Source: an uncultured Candidatus Peribacteria bacterium (GTDB lineage Bacteria > Patescibacteriota > Gracilibacteria > Peribacterales > Peribacteraceae). Taken from it: a stretch of 64,000 bases of DNA. The translations under genes were made by a program, and so were the position numbers. Location of the stretch: assembly GCA_964632395.1 (NCBI GenBank), contig CAZWES010000004.1:120-64119 (forward strand). The letters run 5' to 3'. The notes beneath the pieces are model-generated. The model saw only the letters and a program-made list of their open reading frames with translations, made no database searches and was not told the origin of the DNA. This document shows positions 53,577 to 62,126 of this stretch, one piece after another. Numbering within the stretch: position 1 is the first letter of the stretch; each line of letters starts with the position of its first letter.

Positions 53577-55736
53577 TTAAATTGAATTTAGTTTCTGTTT
53601 AAGTGCATTTGCATCTGCGGCATTATCTATCTCTTTGATTATCTCGCTTATTGCAGTTTTGCTTTGTGCCGATGCGTGAACAGCTCTGTGTGACTCAAGA
53701 GCTTTCTTTACATCAGCCATACTACTTGTATCGAGTGCCTGCGCTGCTCTTTCAGCTACGAATTTCTTATCTAGTGTTGCGCCGCCACCTTGTAGATTCA
53801 CTTTTCTGAGATTTGATTGCAAATCATTAATTACAGGGGTAAACGCACCTGTTATAGAAGCAACATAAGCGTCGGTTACACCACTACCCTGAACATCTTT
53901 TGCTTTATTCAGCACATCGGTAAGCACTTGTGGATTTGTCATTATCGATTGAGCTCCTCCTTTACCGATACTGTTTGATTTCTCAAGTGATACTGCCAAT
54001 TGCTGTAGAGCTTTTATCATTTTATCGTTACCTTGACCCTGGCTTGCCTTAAGATCATTTATAGCTTTCTTGAAATCTCCAGAATTCCCCACTTGTTTAA
54101 CTGCGCTATCAATTTGGTTTGTGTTCATTGGTGGTGCAACGCCACCACCACCTCCACCTCCACCACCTGGAGCTCCGCCCATAAAGTCTAGTGCTCTGCC
54201 CTGTGCAAACGGACTGCCGAATCCGGCACGTGTCACAGCATCTCGTGCTCCAAATAGGCTGCCCTTGCCTCCGCCAGGCATCGGTAGAACAGGAGCATAA
54301 CCAACTGCATTCATTCCGTACTTGAGCGCACCCTGGCCGAAGTTCTTAACGCCCATTGTGAACTTACTCGCAATTTGATCGCTCTTTTCCAGAACCTTAA
54401 AGGTCATAATCCACATAATTCCAAGAGTGATAGCAAGCCACAAAAGTTCATGGAATGTGCTTATACCAAGAACCTTCGGTATGCCTTCTATCATGTATGG
54501 CCCCGGGTTTGATGCATACCATCCGATTGTTGGTGCCTGGCTGAGCAAAGTGAAGCCGATTGCAAGTGGCACGGCCACCATCGCAGGGAGGAATGCGTAT
54601 TTTAGGAATGTCTTCCAGATGTTGAACTCCGCTCCGGGTATTTCTCCGAGCGACTGGAATGACCCTCTCATCGCCAGTCCAAGAAATACGAATGGCATAA
54701 ATGCAACACAAAGCCATATCACACCTATTCGTACGATGAACACTGCAAGCATTGCAAGCAGTAGCAGGCCGATTGCGATGGCCAGTATTGCATGGAACAC
54801 GAGCATGACTACGTACTTCATGTATGCCTGCGCCTTGCCCATGGGCCCGGCTCTTGCTGCAACGTCCTGCGCCTGCGCAAAATTTATTCGTGAGAGGTGT
54901 GGCAGCTTTGCAAAGTTAACGGCAAGCCCGTTTATCACGGTATCTGCTCCGCTGACAGGGTAGAACTGGTTGTTATATGTGTATCCGCCGTCTTTTATAA
55001 CATTCCCCCAGTCCGCGTAGTAGATATCAACCAGGTTCCCAATTTGCCTTCCACGATTTGGAAAAGTACCTCCTTTGGTGGGACGAACACAATCGGGCGC
55101 ATGGCACTTATCTGCTGGAGTGGGGAAGATATGAACTCCCCATACAAAATTACATGGGATTGCGCTATCTGCATCATCTCCCTGCCCCCCCGGCTTTCCG
55201 TCTGCACCAAAATCTACTCCATTTATACACTTTGCCTGAGGACTCACCATTGCCGGCATCTGGTATACCACCGCCTGCAACACATTTGCCATATCCAGTA
55301 TCACTCGTGGCACAAACCATGAAAAGTTTACCAATATAACTGCAATGACGAACATTGGAGCCTTTTGCTTTAGCATTTCCATCTTTCCCTGCAATATCAC
55401 CATTATTGCTCCCACTATCAGCAGGAAAGCAAAGATGGCATTCACGATATCACGTGAAATCATCCAGATTTTATTCAAAATAGGTTCCATTGGACGCACA
55501 CCACCTGCCATATTTTCCCCGAATATAAAGTCGGGATTAAGAACCTTTTGAACCATTCCAAGCACTATCCAGTTGAGCACGGTAAAGACTTCCAGTGCTC
55601 CACCAAAGAATCTTGCCGCAGTATCACCGATACCTGATTGAGCATGTGCTTTGGGAATAGAGACAATCTCAGAAATGTCAGTCAGCTGCGGTACACCATG
55701 AGTCTGTGCAAGTGACACAACACTTGGTGCAAGCAT
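53577..55736 (-). CDS. Large polytopic membrane protein with Cys-containing extracytoplasmic loop, poly-Gly hinge and helical tail (possibly VirB6/TrbL-like)
   Basis: About 8-10 TM helices, an extracytoplasmic loop with 4 Cys, and GGAPGGGGGGGGGVAPP. The reading frame stays open upstream to 55814 and encodes KKAIFALILCAMLAPSVVSLA (signal-peptide-like) with no ATG/GTG/TTG. Confidence 0.6.
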   Translation of the reverse strand: MLAPSVVSLAQTHGVPQLTDISEIVSIPKAHAQSGIGDTAARFFGGALEVFTVLNWIVLGMVQKVLNPDFIFGENMAGGVRPMEPILNKIWMISRDIVNAIFAFLLIVGAIMVILQGKMEMLKQKAPMFVIAVILVNFSWFVPRVILDMANVLQAVVYQMPAMVSPQAKCINGVDFGADGKPGGQGDDADSAIPCNFVWGVHIFPTPADKCHAPDCVRPTKGGTFPNRGRQIGNLVDIYYADWGNVIKDGGYTYNNQFYPVSGADTVINGLAVNFAKLPHLSRINFAQAQDVAARAGPMGKAQAYMKYVVMLVFHAILAIAIGLLLLAMLAVFIVRIGVIWLCVAFMPFVFLGLAMRGSFQSLGEIPGAEFNIWKTFLKYAFLPAMVAVPLAIGFTLLSQAPTIGWYASNPGPYMIEGIPKVLGISTFHELLWLAITLGIMWIMTFKVLEKSDQIASKFTMGVKNFGQGALKYGMNAVGYAPVLPMPGGGKGSLFGARDAVTRAGFGSPFAQGRALDFMGGAPGGGGGGGGGVAPPMNTNQIDSAVKQVGNSGDFKKAINDLKASQGQGNDKMIKALQQLAVSLEKSNSIGKGGAQSIMTNPQVLTDVLNKAKDVQGSGVTDAYVASITGAFTPVINDLQSNLRKVNLQGGGATLDKKFVAERAAQALDTSSMADVKKALESHRAVHASAQSKTAISEIIKEIDNAADANALKQKLNSI

Positions 55737-56044
55737 TGCGCAGAGTATGAGTGCGAAGATCGCCTTTTTCAGAAGTGCCTTGCTTATGATTGTGTGGGTG
55801 TAAGAATCTATAGATTATACCTTATTTTAGGGAATTTTGGTACCTGCAGCTCTGCAAATTATTGATGTTTAAGGGCAATTCTCATGAAAATATGTGTTCA
55901 AAATATTTATTCACCTATTTTAGGGTCGAATATAAAGTTTATGCAGTCCTTTTATGGGTTTTGATAAAGAATTTATAAAAGAAAGTGCTATGAGTACTTT
56001 TCTTGATCTTTGAAAAAAAGTTGAATAAGATTCGTGAACACACT

Positions 56045-56626
56045 ATGAACGATGTCCTAAAAGCACTCTTCAGTTCCAATACGAGGGTCAAGCTCCTCTC
56101 GACGTTCCTGTTACACCCAGATCAGGAGTATTTTGTACGCGAACTCACAAGGCTTTTGGATGAGCAGATCAACTCCGTGAGGCGCGAACTCGAGAATCTA
56201 AAGAAGATTGGGCTTGTTAAATCCAGAAATAAAAACAGGAAGAAGTACTTCAAAGTGAATCCCGATTTCCCGCTATATACCGATCTTCGCAGTATGTTTG
56301 GCAAGGCTGTTCAGGGCGAGACAGCTATCATCGCGGAATTGAAAAGGCTTCCCGGACTCAAGTTTTTGGTTCTTGCAGGATCATTCGTCGGCGAGGATGA
56401 TCCGGTTGATTTGCTGATTGTGGGAGAGGTCAGTCGTGATTCTGTAGAGAAATTACTCGCACATGATCCATCGCTCAGCAAGGTCAAGTATTCTATTTTC
56501 TCCGTACCAGACTTTCTGTATCGCTTGAATTTGAAGGACAAGTTCATACGCGAGACTGTGGATTCACCCACGCATGTGGTTGCATACAATCTGATAGATC
56601 GCGAGGTGCAGGATGCGAGGAAGTAG
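56045..56626 (+). CDS. ArsR-like winged-helix protein with C-terminal nucleotidyltransferase-fold-like domain
   Basis: ALFSSNTRVKLLSTFLLHPDQEYFVRELTRLLDEQINSVRRELENLKKIGLV is wHTH-like. The ORF is open from TTG 56003. Confidence 0.55.
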   Translation: MNDVLKALFSSNTRVKLLSTFLLHPDQEYFVRELTRLLDEQINSVRRELENLKKIGLVKSRNKNRKKYFKVNPDFPLYTDLRSMFGKAVQGETAIIAELKRLPGLKFLVLAGSFVGEDDPVDLLIVGEVSRDSVEKLLAHDPSLSKVKYSIFSVPDFLYRLNLKDKFIRETVDSPTHVVAYNLIDREVQDARK

Positions 56627-56694
56627 TGTCATGACGTAAAATTATGAGGTTTCTGGTTTCCGTAGCTTAATTTTTCATCTAGAATCTCCCGGAA

Positions 56695-57198
56695 ATGCAG
56701 CAATTATTGCGCACACAGGCTCAGGCATTCGCAAGGCCCGTTCCGGAGCTTAGGCCCGGATATACCGTTCGTGTGCATCAGAAGGTAAAAGAAGGTGAAA
56801 AGGAGCGTGTGCAGATATTTGAAGGGCTAATCATTGGAATGCATCGTGGAACTTATCCAACGGATACAACTTTCACGGTACGCAGGATTGTGGAAGGAGT
56901 GGGTGTGGAAAAAATCTTCCCTCTGCATTCACCGAATATAGTGAAGATAGAGGTCGTTAAAGTTGCGAGGGTACGCAGGGCAAAGCTTAACTTCCTGCGT
57001 GGACGCCGTGGCAAATCTGCAAGGCTTTCGGAGAGGTTTACGACTGCGGATGAGTTCAAAGTGGCGGTAGCGGTGGAAGAGGATGTGGTGGAGGATACCG
57101 AGGAAGCTGAAGAGGTTAAGGATTCCGGGGAACCTCAGGATGTTGCAGAATCTGAGGCTGCTGATGTTGCTGAGGAGAAGGCTGAGGGGAAGAAATAG
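56695..57198 (+). CDS. rplS: 50S ribosomal protein L19 with acidic C-terminal extension
   Basis: [31 protein letters not shown]...[22 protein letters not shown]. Confidence 0.92.
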   Translation: MQQLLRTQAQAFARPVPELRPGYTVRVHQKVKEGEKERVQIFEGLIIGMHRGTYPTDTTFTVRRIVEGVGVEKIFPLHSPNIVKIEVVKVARVRRAKLNFLRGRRGKSARLSERFTTADEFKVAVAVEEDVVEDTEEAEEVKDSGEPQDVAESEAADVAEEKAEGKK

Positions 57199-57247
57199 TG
57201 GCGCGGACGTATCCGTTTCCACAAGTCGTGCCCGTTATCGTTTCCTC

Positions 57248-57325
57248 GAGCCGCAGCCACGGAGGGCTGCTCTGCGTGTGTAAAAAATTACAAAGCGCAG
57301 AGCGCCCCTCCGCGGGCGCGGCCTG
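57248..57325. repeat. Family B palindromic repeat, copy 4
   Basis: GAGCCGCAGCCACGGAGGGCTGCTCTGCGTGTGTAAAAAATTACAAAGCGCAGAGCGCCCCTCCGCGGGCGCGGCC. An extra GGGCGCGGCCTGG lies at 57340-57352. Confidence 0.85.
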
Positions 57326-57380
57326 GAAAAAATGTAACGGGCGCGGCCTGGACTCAGCAATTTGATGTATCCTTTACGCT

Positions 57381-58403
57381 GTGCAATACCTCCTAATCGG
57401 CAACTACGGCGTAAAAAATGCCGGGGACGACATCCTCCGCGATTACTTCCTCAGGCGTTTCCTGGAAGTTGAGTGGCGTGTTCTCTCAGCTGCTCCGAGT
57501 GGTGATGAGTTACCCAGACTACCTGCAGGTATCAGGTCTTTCTTCAGTTTCCGGTGGCTTAAGACAGTCAATGCATTGCGAAAGTCAAAAGGGGTTGTGT
57601 TTGGTGGCGGGAGTCTGTTCACGGACATAGAGTCAGTGAGTGCATGCTGGATCTGGTTTGTTCATGCTCTCATTGCCTGGATATTCAGAAAGCCAATTTT
57701 TCTTGCGTTTCAGGGCATCGGTCCATTCAGAACCAGAGTGGGGGAGACGCTTTCAAAATGGGTTGTGTGTCATTCCTCATTCATCAGCGTACGGGATGAG
57801 GCTTCTTTTGAACGTCTGAAAGGGTGGAAAAAGAACACAGATGTTGTTCAAACCTTTGACCCTTCGATTTTGCTTTTAGATAAGCAAAAAGACTCATTTA
57901 GAACAAATAATGTATTCACATTTATACCCCGGTTTTCCACATCCAAAAGTCAAGAAAAGTTGATAGTCCATGCGCTCTCCGGACTCGTAAAAAGTGGAGT
58001 AGCACTGCGAGTTTTATCATTGCAGCCAGATGATGTACGTGAACATGAGCTATGTATCAATTTGCGTGACGCGTTCAGGGCAGATTTCCACATCGCAAGA
58101 TCGCTTGAGGATGCACTCAATTCAATTTCAGGAACGTGTGTGATAACACAGAGATATCACGGTGCTATCGTGGCAGCTACTGCGGGCATCCCATTTGTAG
58201 CAATTCGTCAACGGGAAGGGGATAAGTTGGATGCGTTTGCGAGGCGATCAGGATGTATTTCAGCTCCTGCGGAGTCTTTGGATGTGAGCCAGTTGTTAGA
58301 AAATCCTTGGGAAAAGGCTGCTGAGAATCTTACATTCATTCGAGAGGAGTTGGTCAGAGAAGCTGAGTTCGGAGAACGTAAACTCTCGTTGCAAATTATT
58401 TAG
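57381..58403 (+). CDS. Polysaccharide pyruvyl transferase (CsaB-like)
   Basis: GTG start. LIGNYGVKNAGDDIL N-terminus and QRYHGAIVA near the C-terminus, as in the PS_pyruv_trans family. Confidence 0.55.
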   Translation: MQYLLIGNYGVKNAGDDILRDYFLRRFLEVEWRVLSAAPSGDELPRLPAGIRSFFSFRWLKTVNALRKSKGVVFGGGSLFTDIESVSACWIWFVHALIAWIFRKPIFLAFQGIGPFRTRVGETLSKWVVCHSSFISVRDEASFERLKGWKKNTDVVQTFDPSILLLDKQKDSFRTNNVFTFIPRFSTSKSQEKLIVHALSGLVKSGVALRVLSLQPDDVREHELCINLRDAFRADFHIARSLEDALNSISGTCVITQRYHGAIVAATAGIPFVAIRQREGDKLDAFARRSGCISAPAESLDVSQLLENPWEKAAENLTFIREELVREAEFGERKLSLQII

Positions 58404-58678
58404 TTTACCCAAATGATTTGTATTTTTTCCTTCGTTGCGATGCGCAATTTAGTGAGAATAGGGAAATGAGGATATTGTGCTAGATCACTATCATCACATT
58501 GCCATCCGAGATTTTCTAAGGTATCACCCGGCTGCAAATCTAGTTGGACACTTTTGCCTCTAAAATCACCCTCACGTCCAGATAGTGTTAGTGGAGATTG
58601 CACAGTTGCAACGTCGCCAGATTTCTTCGGATACCTCATGCAGATATGATTACAAAAATATGTGTGATCGCAAGCCAA
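58400..58678 (-). CDS. Hypothetical small protein (92 aa)
   Basis: Intact ORF convergent with the previous gene. No motif recognised. Confidence 0.3.
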   Translation of the reverse strand: MACDHTYFCNHICMRYPKKSGDVATVQSPLTLSGREGDFRGKSVQLDLQPGDTLENLGWQCDDSDLAQYPHFPILTKLRIATKEKIQIIWVN

Positions 58679-58761
58679 AAATGAAGATTTTTCATATGAA
58701 TGTTTTAGGTTTGGTAGATGAAGTTGTAGGCAAACATCTATATCATCGTGAATGATAAATA

Positions 58762-60645
58762 ATGCAAATCCGCAACTTTTGCATCATCGCGCACGTTGAT
58801 CATGGCAAATCCACTCTGGCGGATCGGTTGCTTGAGCTTACGGGAACAGTTGAATCGCGGGATATGAAGGAGCAGATACTCGATACCATGGATCTGGAGC
58901 GCGAGCGCGGCATCACGATCAAGCTGCAGCCGGTTAGGATGATGTATGAAGTGTCATCCCTCGATACGCGCCTCGATACGCCTCGCTCCGCTCGGCTACT
59001 CGGCGCTACTCGGGATGACACGGCTTATCAACTCAATCTGATAGATACCCCCGGACACACAGACTTCAGATATGAAGTCAGTCGATCACTCGCAGCGGTT
59101 GAGGGTGCAATTCTGCTCATAGATGCTTCGCAGGGAGTGCAGGCGCAGACTCTCGCAACTCTTCATTCCGCAATGGAGCATGACCTCAAGATCATTCCTG
59201 TTTTGAATAAGATTGATCTGCCTGCAGCGGATGTTCCGCGAGTCATGCGTGAGGTTACAAAATTGCTTGGGTGTTCTGAGGATGAAGTGCTTTCGATTTC
59301 TGCAAAGGATGGGACAGGGGTGGAGGGGGTGTTGGAGGCGGTCGTTTCAAAAATACCGGGACCGTCAGATTCTTCCAAGTCCTCGACCAGAGCTCTAATC
59401 TTCGATGCCAATGCAGATCCCTATCGCGGTGTGGTTGCTTATGTTCGAGTGATGGAAGGTGAGTTCAAAAGAGGGGATGCTGCGCATCTACTTGGCTCCA
59501 AAAAGCAGATTACGATTTCGGAAGTCGGGATGTTTACACCCGATTACGAAGCAACCGATACTCTTTCTGCGGGTGAGATTGGGTACATAATCACAGGACT
59601 AAAAGACGTTTCCGAGGCTAGAGTCGGTGACACGTTCGCGTCATCTCCAGGTCTTGATCCGCTTCCAGGTTACAGAGTGATCGAACCAATGGTTTTTGCA
59701 GGGCTTTATCCAACAAATCCTGATGATTTGCCCAAACTTCGTGAAGCGCTTGAGAAACTTCAGTTGAACGATGCATCTTTAACGGTTGAGCCTGAGCAAA
59801 ACACTGCACTCGGGAATGGCTTCCGTTGCGGGTTTTTGGGATTGCTTCACCTGGATATTGTGCAGGAACGGCTTGAGCGTGAGGAGGGTTGCAGCCTAAT
59901 CGTTACAGCGCCAAGCGTGACTTATGAAGTTGTGCTTCAGTCCAAAAGCCCTGCATCGGTCGTGCGATCAAGTCTATTAAAACCTGATGAGAAGAGTGTT
60001 GCCCTGATCAGCAACCCCGCAGACTTTCCGGATAGAACTCACATCAAGGCGGTGCGTGAGCCTTGGGTCAAATTGGAAATCGTCTGCCCAAGTGAAAGCG
60101 TTGGTGCGATTATGCAGATGGTGCAGGAGCGGCGCGGCACTTACGAGTCATTGGAATACCTGGAGGAGGGGACTTCCTTAATCCATTTTGAGGTTCCGCT
60201 TTCGGGCATTGTCCATGACTTTTTCGATCGTCTTAAATCCATAACTTCCGGCTACGGCTCCATGAGCTACGAACTACTCGAGTTCCGGGAAGGTGATCTC
60301 ATCAAAATTGATATGCTGCTAATCGGCGAATCTGTGGATGCCTTGAGCACCATAGTTCATAAATCAGAAGCGCATACCGTGGGTGCAAAGATTTGTAGGA
60401 AGTTGAAGGAAGTCATTCCGCGCCAGCAGTATCAAGTCCCGATTCAGGCTGCGATCGGCGGCAAGATAATAGCGCGTGAAACATTGTCAGCGCTGCGCAA
60501 AGATGTAACGGCTAAGCTTTATGGGGGGGATAGGACGAGGAAGGATAAGCTTTTGAAAAAGCAGAAGAAGGGTAAAGATAGGCTAAAAGCTGTGGGGAAG
60601 ATTGTGTTGCCACAGGAGGCGTTTCTTTCAGTTCTGGAGAGGTGA
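58762..60645 (+). CDS. lepA: Elongation factor 4 (LepA) with a palindromic in-frame insert in the G domain
   Basis: AHVDHGKST, DTPGH, NKIDL, and the C-terminal LepA-specific region ...RKDVTAKLYGGDRTRKDKLLKKQKKGK. Confidence 0.95.
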   Translation: MQIRNFCIIAHVDHGKSTLADRLLELTGTVESRDMKEQILDTMDLERERGITIKLQPVRMMYEVSSLDTRLDTPRSARLLGATRDDTAYQLNLIDTPGHTDFRYEVSRSLAAVEGAILLIDASQGVQAQTLATLHSAMEHDLKIIPVLNKIDLPAADVPRVMREVTKLLGCSEDEVLSISAKDGTGVEGVLEAVVSKIPGPSDSSKSSTRALIFDANADPYRGVVAYVRVMEGEFKRGDAAHLLGSKKQITISEVGMFTPDYEATDTLSAGEIGYIITGLKDVSEARVGDTFASSPGLDPLPGYRVIEPMVFAGLYPTNPDDLPKLREALEKLQLNDASLTVEPEQNTALGNGFRCGFLGLLHLDIVQERLEREEGCSLIVTAPSVTYEVVLQSKSPASVVRSSLLKPDEKSVALISNPADFPDRTHIKAVREPWVKLEIVCPSESVGAIMQMVQERRGTYESLEYLEEGTSLIHFEVPLSGIVHDFFDRLKSITSGYGSMSYELLEFREGDLIKIDMLLIGESVDALSTIVHKSEAHTVGAKICRKLKEVIPRQQYQVPIQAAIGGKIIARETLSALRKDVTAKLYGGDRTRKDKLLKKQKKGKDRLKAVGKIVLPQEAFLSVLER

Positions 60646-60705
60646 TCATTTCGATTCACTCTCCGCAATTTCTGCTCTAAAATACCCCGTGTTCTTTTTA
60701 AACAA

Positions 60706-60780
60706 GCGGGCGTCGTATAATGGTTATTATACAAGCCTTCCAAGCTTGCGATGGCGGTTCGATTCCGCTCGCCCGCTCCA
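60706..60780 (+). tRNA. trnG: tRNA-Gly (anticodon UCC), CCA encoded
   Basis: Acceptor GCGGGCG/CGCCCGC. Anticodon arm CAAGC-CTTCCAA-GCTTG. T arm GGCGG-TTCGATT-CCGCT. Discriminator T plus CCA. Close to B. subtilis tRNA-Gly(UCC). Confidence 0.85.
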
Positions 60781-60789
60781 GTTTTCGTT

Positions 60790-61288
60790 CCATTAGCACA
60801 AATGTCACGACTATCTTCAAAATTTCTGAGTCTCATAAGACCTTTTTTGATGTGGATCGAATTGGCCTTTTGTGCAGCTGGATTGGGACTGTATTGATAA
60901 TAAAATCCACAAACTTCTTTGCATCCAATGTAACATTCAATGGCTTGGGAGGAGAAGAGCATCCGTTTGTAATTGGAGAACATCCAGAATATTTGAAGAT
61001 AGGTTTAGGGCTAACTGCGTTTGGTTTCTGGATATCCTATTCTAAGAAAAAGAAAATCTGAGATGGCCCCTCACACTTGCGTATATCGCGGGAATGAAGA
61101 ATTACGTTAGTCGTGTTCCAGTACTTTGTTTTGATTTTGTTCATGCCTTCTTCGAATGCGGAGAGCTCGTCGCCGGTGAATAGGCACCCACATAGTAGGA
61201 ATACGGGAAAATTTGGATCGATGTGTGTAAGCCCGTGATCTCCGGTTTCATCAAGAAATAACTGCATAACGGTATTATTGTACTTCAT
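60790..61288 (-). pseudogene. DUF3800-like gene, apparently truncated or frameshifted
   Basis: The 83-aa ORF (61037-61288) starts with LFLDETGDHG, the DUF3800 N-terminal D-E-[ST]-G motif, and stops early. A second frame continues towards the tRNA. Confidence 0.4.
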
Positions 61289-61622
61289 ATTCGTGTAAGT
61301 ATTCCTTGAATGCGGCGCATTTCAGAGTTCCATAATCGGAGCCCCACGGATTACACCTCACCAACCTAACCCCAATCTTCACCACTCCCACACAAACCCC
61401 ATCACTCAACAAAACTCGCCTCCCATATTCCGAGCAACTCGGTTCATGCCTGCAAAATCCATACGGATAAAACGCAGACATCAACCCATGATCTGGTGAA
61501 AGTGTTTTTTGGTAAAGGAAAATGAGGAGTGCAAGCGCTCTTCGCGGAACCCGCCACAATGTAAAGATGATCTTGCGCATACCATGCTTAATGGTATATC
61601 GTTTAATCCATGATTCAAACAC
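61275..61622 (-). CDS. yidD: Membrane protein insertion efficiency factor YidD
   Basis: LLIFLYQKTLSP...CRHEPSCSEYG...RCNPW conserved YidD core. Confidence 0.85.
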   Translation of the reverse strand: MFESWIKRYTIKHGMRKIIFTLWRVPRRALALLIFLYQKTLSPDHGLMSAFYPYGFCRHEPSCSEYGRRVLLSDGVCVGVVKIGVRLVRCNPWGSDYGTLKCAAFKEYLHEYEVQ

Positions 61623-61954
61623 TTGGAGACGTTTTAGTTCTCGTCACCATCATCTCTGTTGGAGTGGTGGCTTTCCTGCTTGCAATTTTCCTTTACCACC
61701 TTGTTTTTGTGGTGATGGATTTGCGAAAAGTTATGAAACGCGTGAACGAGATCACGGCACAGATTGAGGATATGTTGGTGAAGCCTGTGGAAGTTGCAGG
61801 GGTCGCTTTGGGATGGGCTCAGAAGCTTGTATTTGATCTGATTGATATGGAAACAACTGCTAAGCCTAAAAAGGCAAAGAAGGCCAAAAAAGCCAAGCCG
61901 AAGAAGGAGAAGAAGAAGCGGAAGAAGGGAGGGTTTAAAAAGAAGAAAGTTTGA
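61610..61954 (+). CDS. Small membrane protein with Lys-rich tail (DUF948-like?)
   Basis: One N-terminal TM helix, a helical region, and the tail KPKKAKKAKKAKPKKEKKKRKKGGFKKKKV. Confidence 0.45.
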   Translation: MIQTLGDVLVLVTIISVGVVAFLLAIFLYHLVFVVMDLRKVMKRVNEITAQIEDMLVKPVEVAGVALGWAQKLVFDLIDMETTAKPKKAKKAKKAKPKKEKKKRKKGGFKKKKV

Positions 61955-61956
61955 GC

Positions 61957-62126
61957 GTGTCATGCTGAGCGTAGCGCAAGCATCCGATAAGGATGCGAAG
62001 CGCGGAGACGAAGCATATACTCGTGGATGCTTCGTCTCCGCCCTCCGCTACGCTCCGGGCTCCGCTCAGCATGACACGGCCAGTCCGCAGACGAAGCATT
62101 AATTCGGACTCCGCTCAGCATGACAC
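61957..62126. repeat. GTCATGCTGAGCG-family compound palindromic repeat
   Basis: GTGTCATGCTGAGCGTAGCG (61957-61976) ... CGCTACGCTCCGGGCTCCGCTCAGCATGACAC (62047-62077). Inner 14-bp IR CGGAGACGAAGCAT / ATGCTTCGTCTCCG (62003-62040). A second terminus CTCCGCTCAGCATGACAC lies at 62109-62126. Confidence 0.88.

Noticed and set aside
54130-54180. Poly-Gly (GGN)9 and, at 3008-3040, poly-Pro (CCN)9-10 tracts as possible phase-variation sites.
   Set aside because: The codons are mixed (GGT/GGA/GGC; CCT/CCA/CCC), so they are not homopolymeric or perfect short tandem repeats at the nucleotide level. Slippage-based switching is unlikely.
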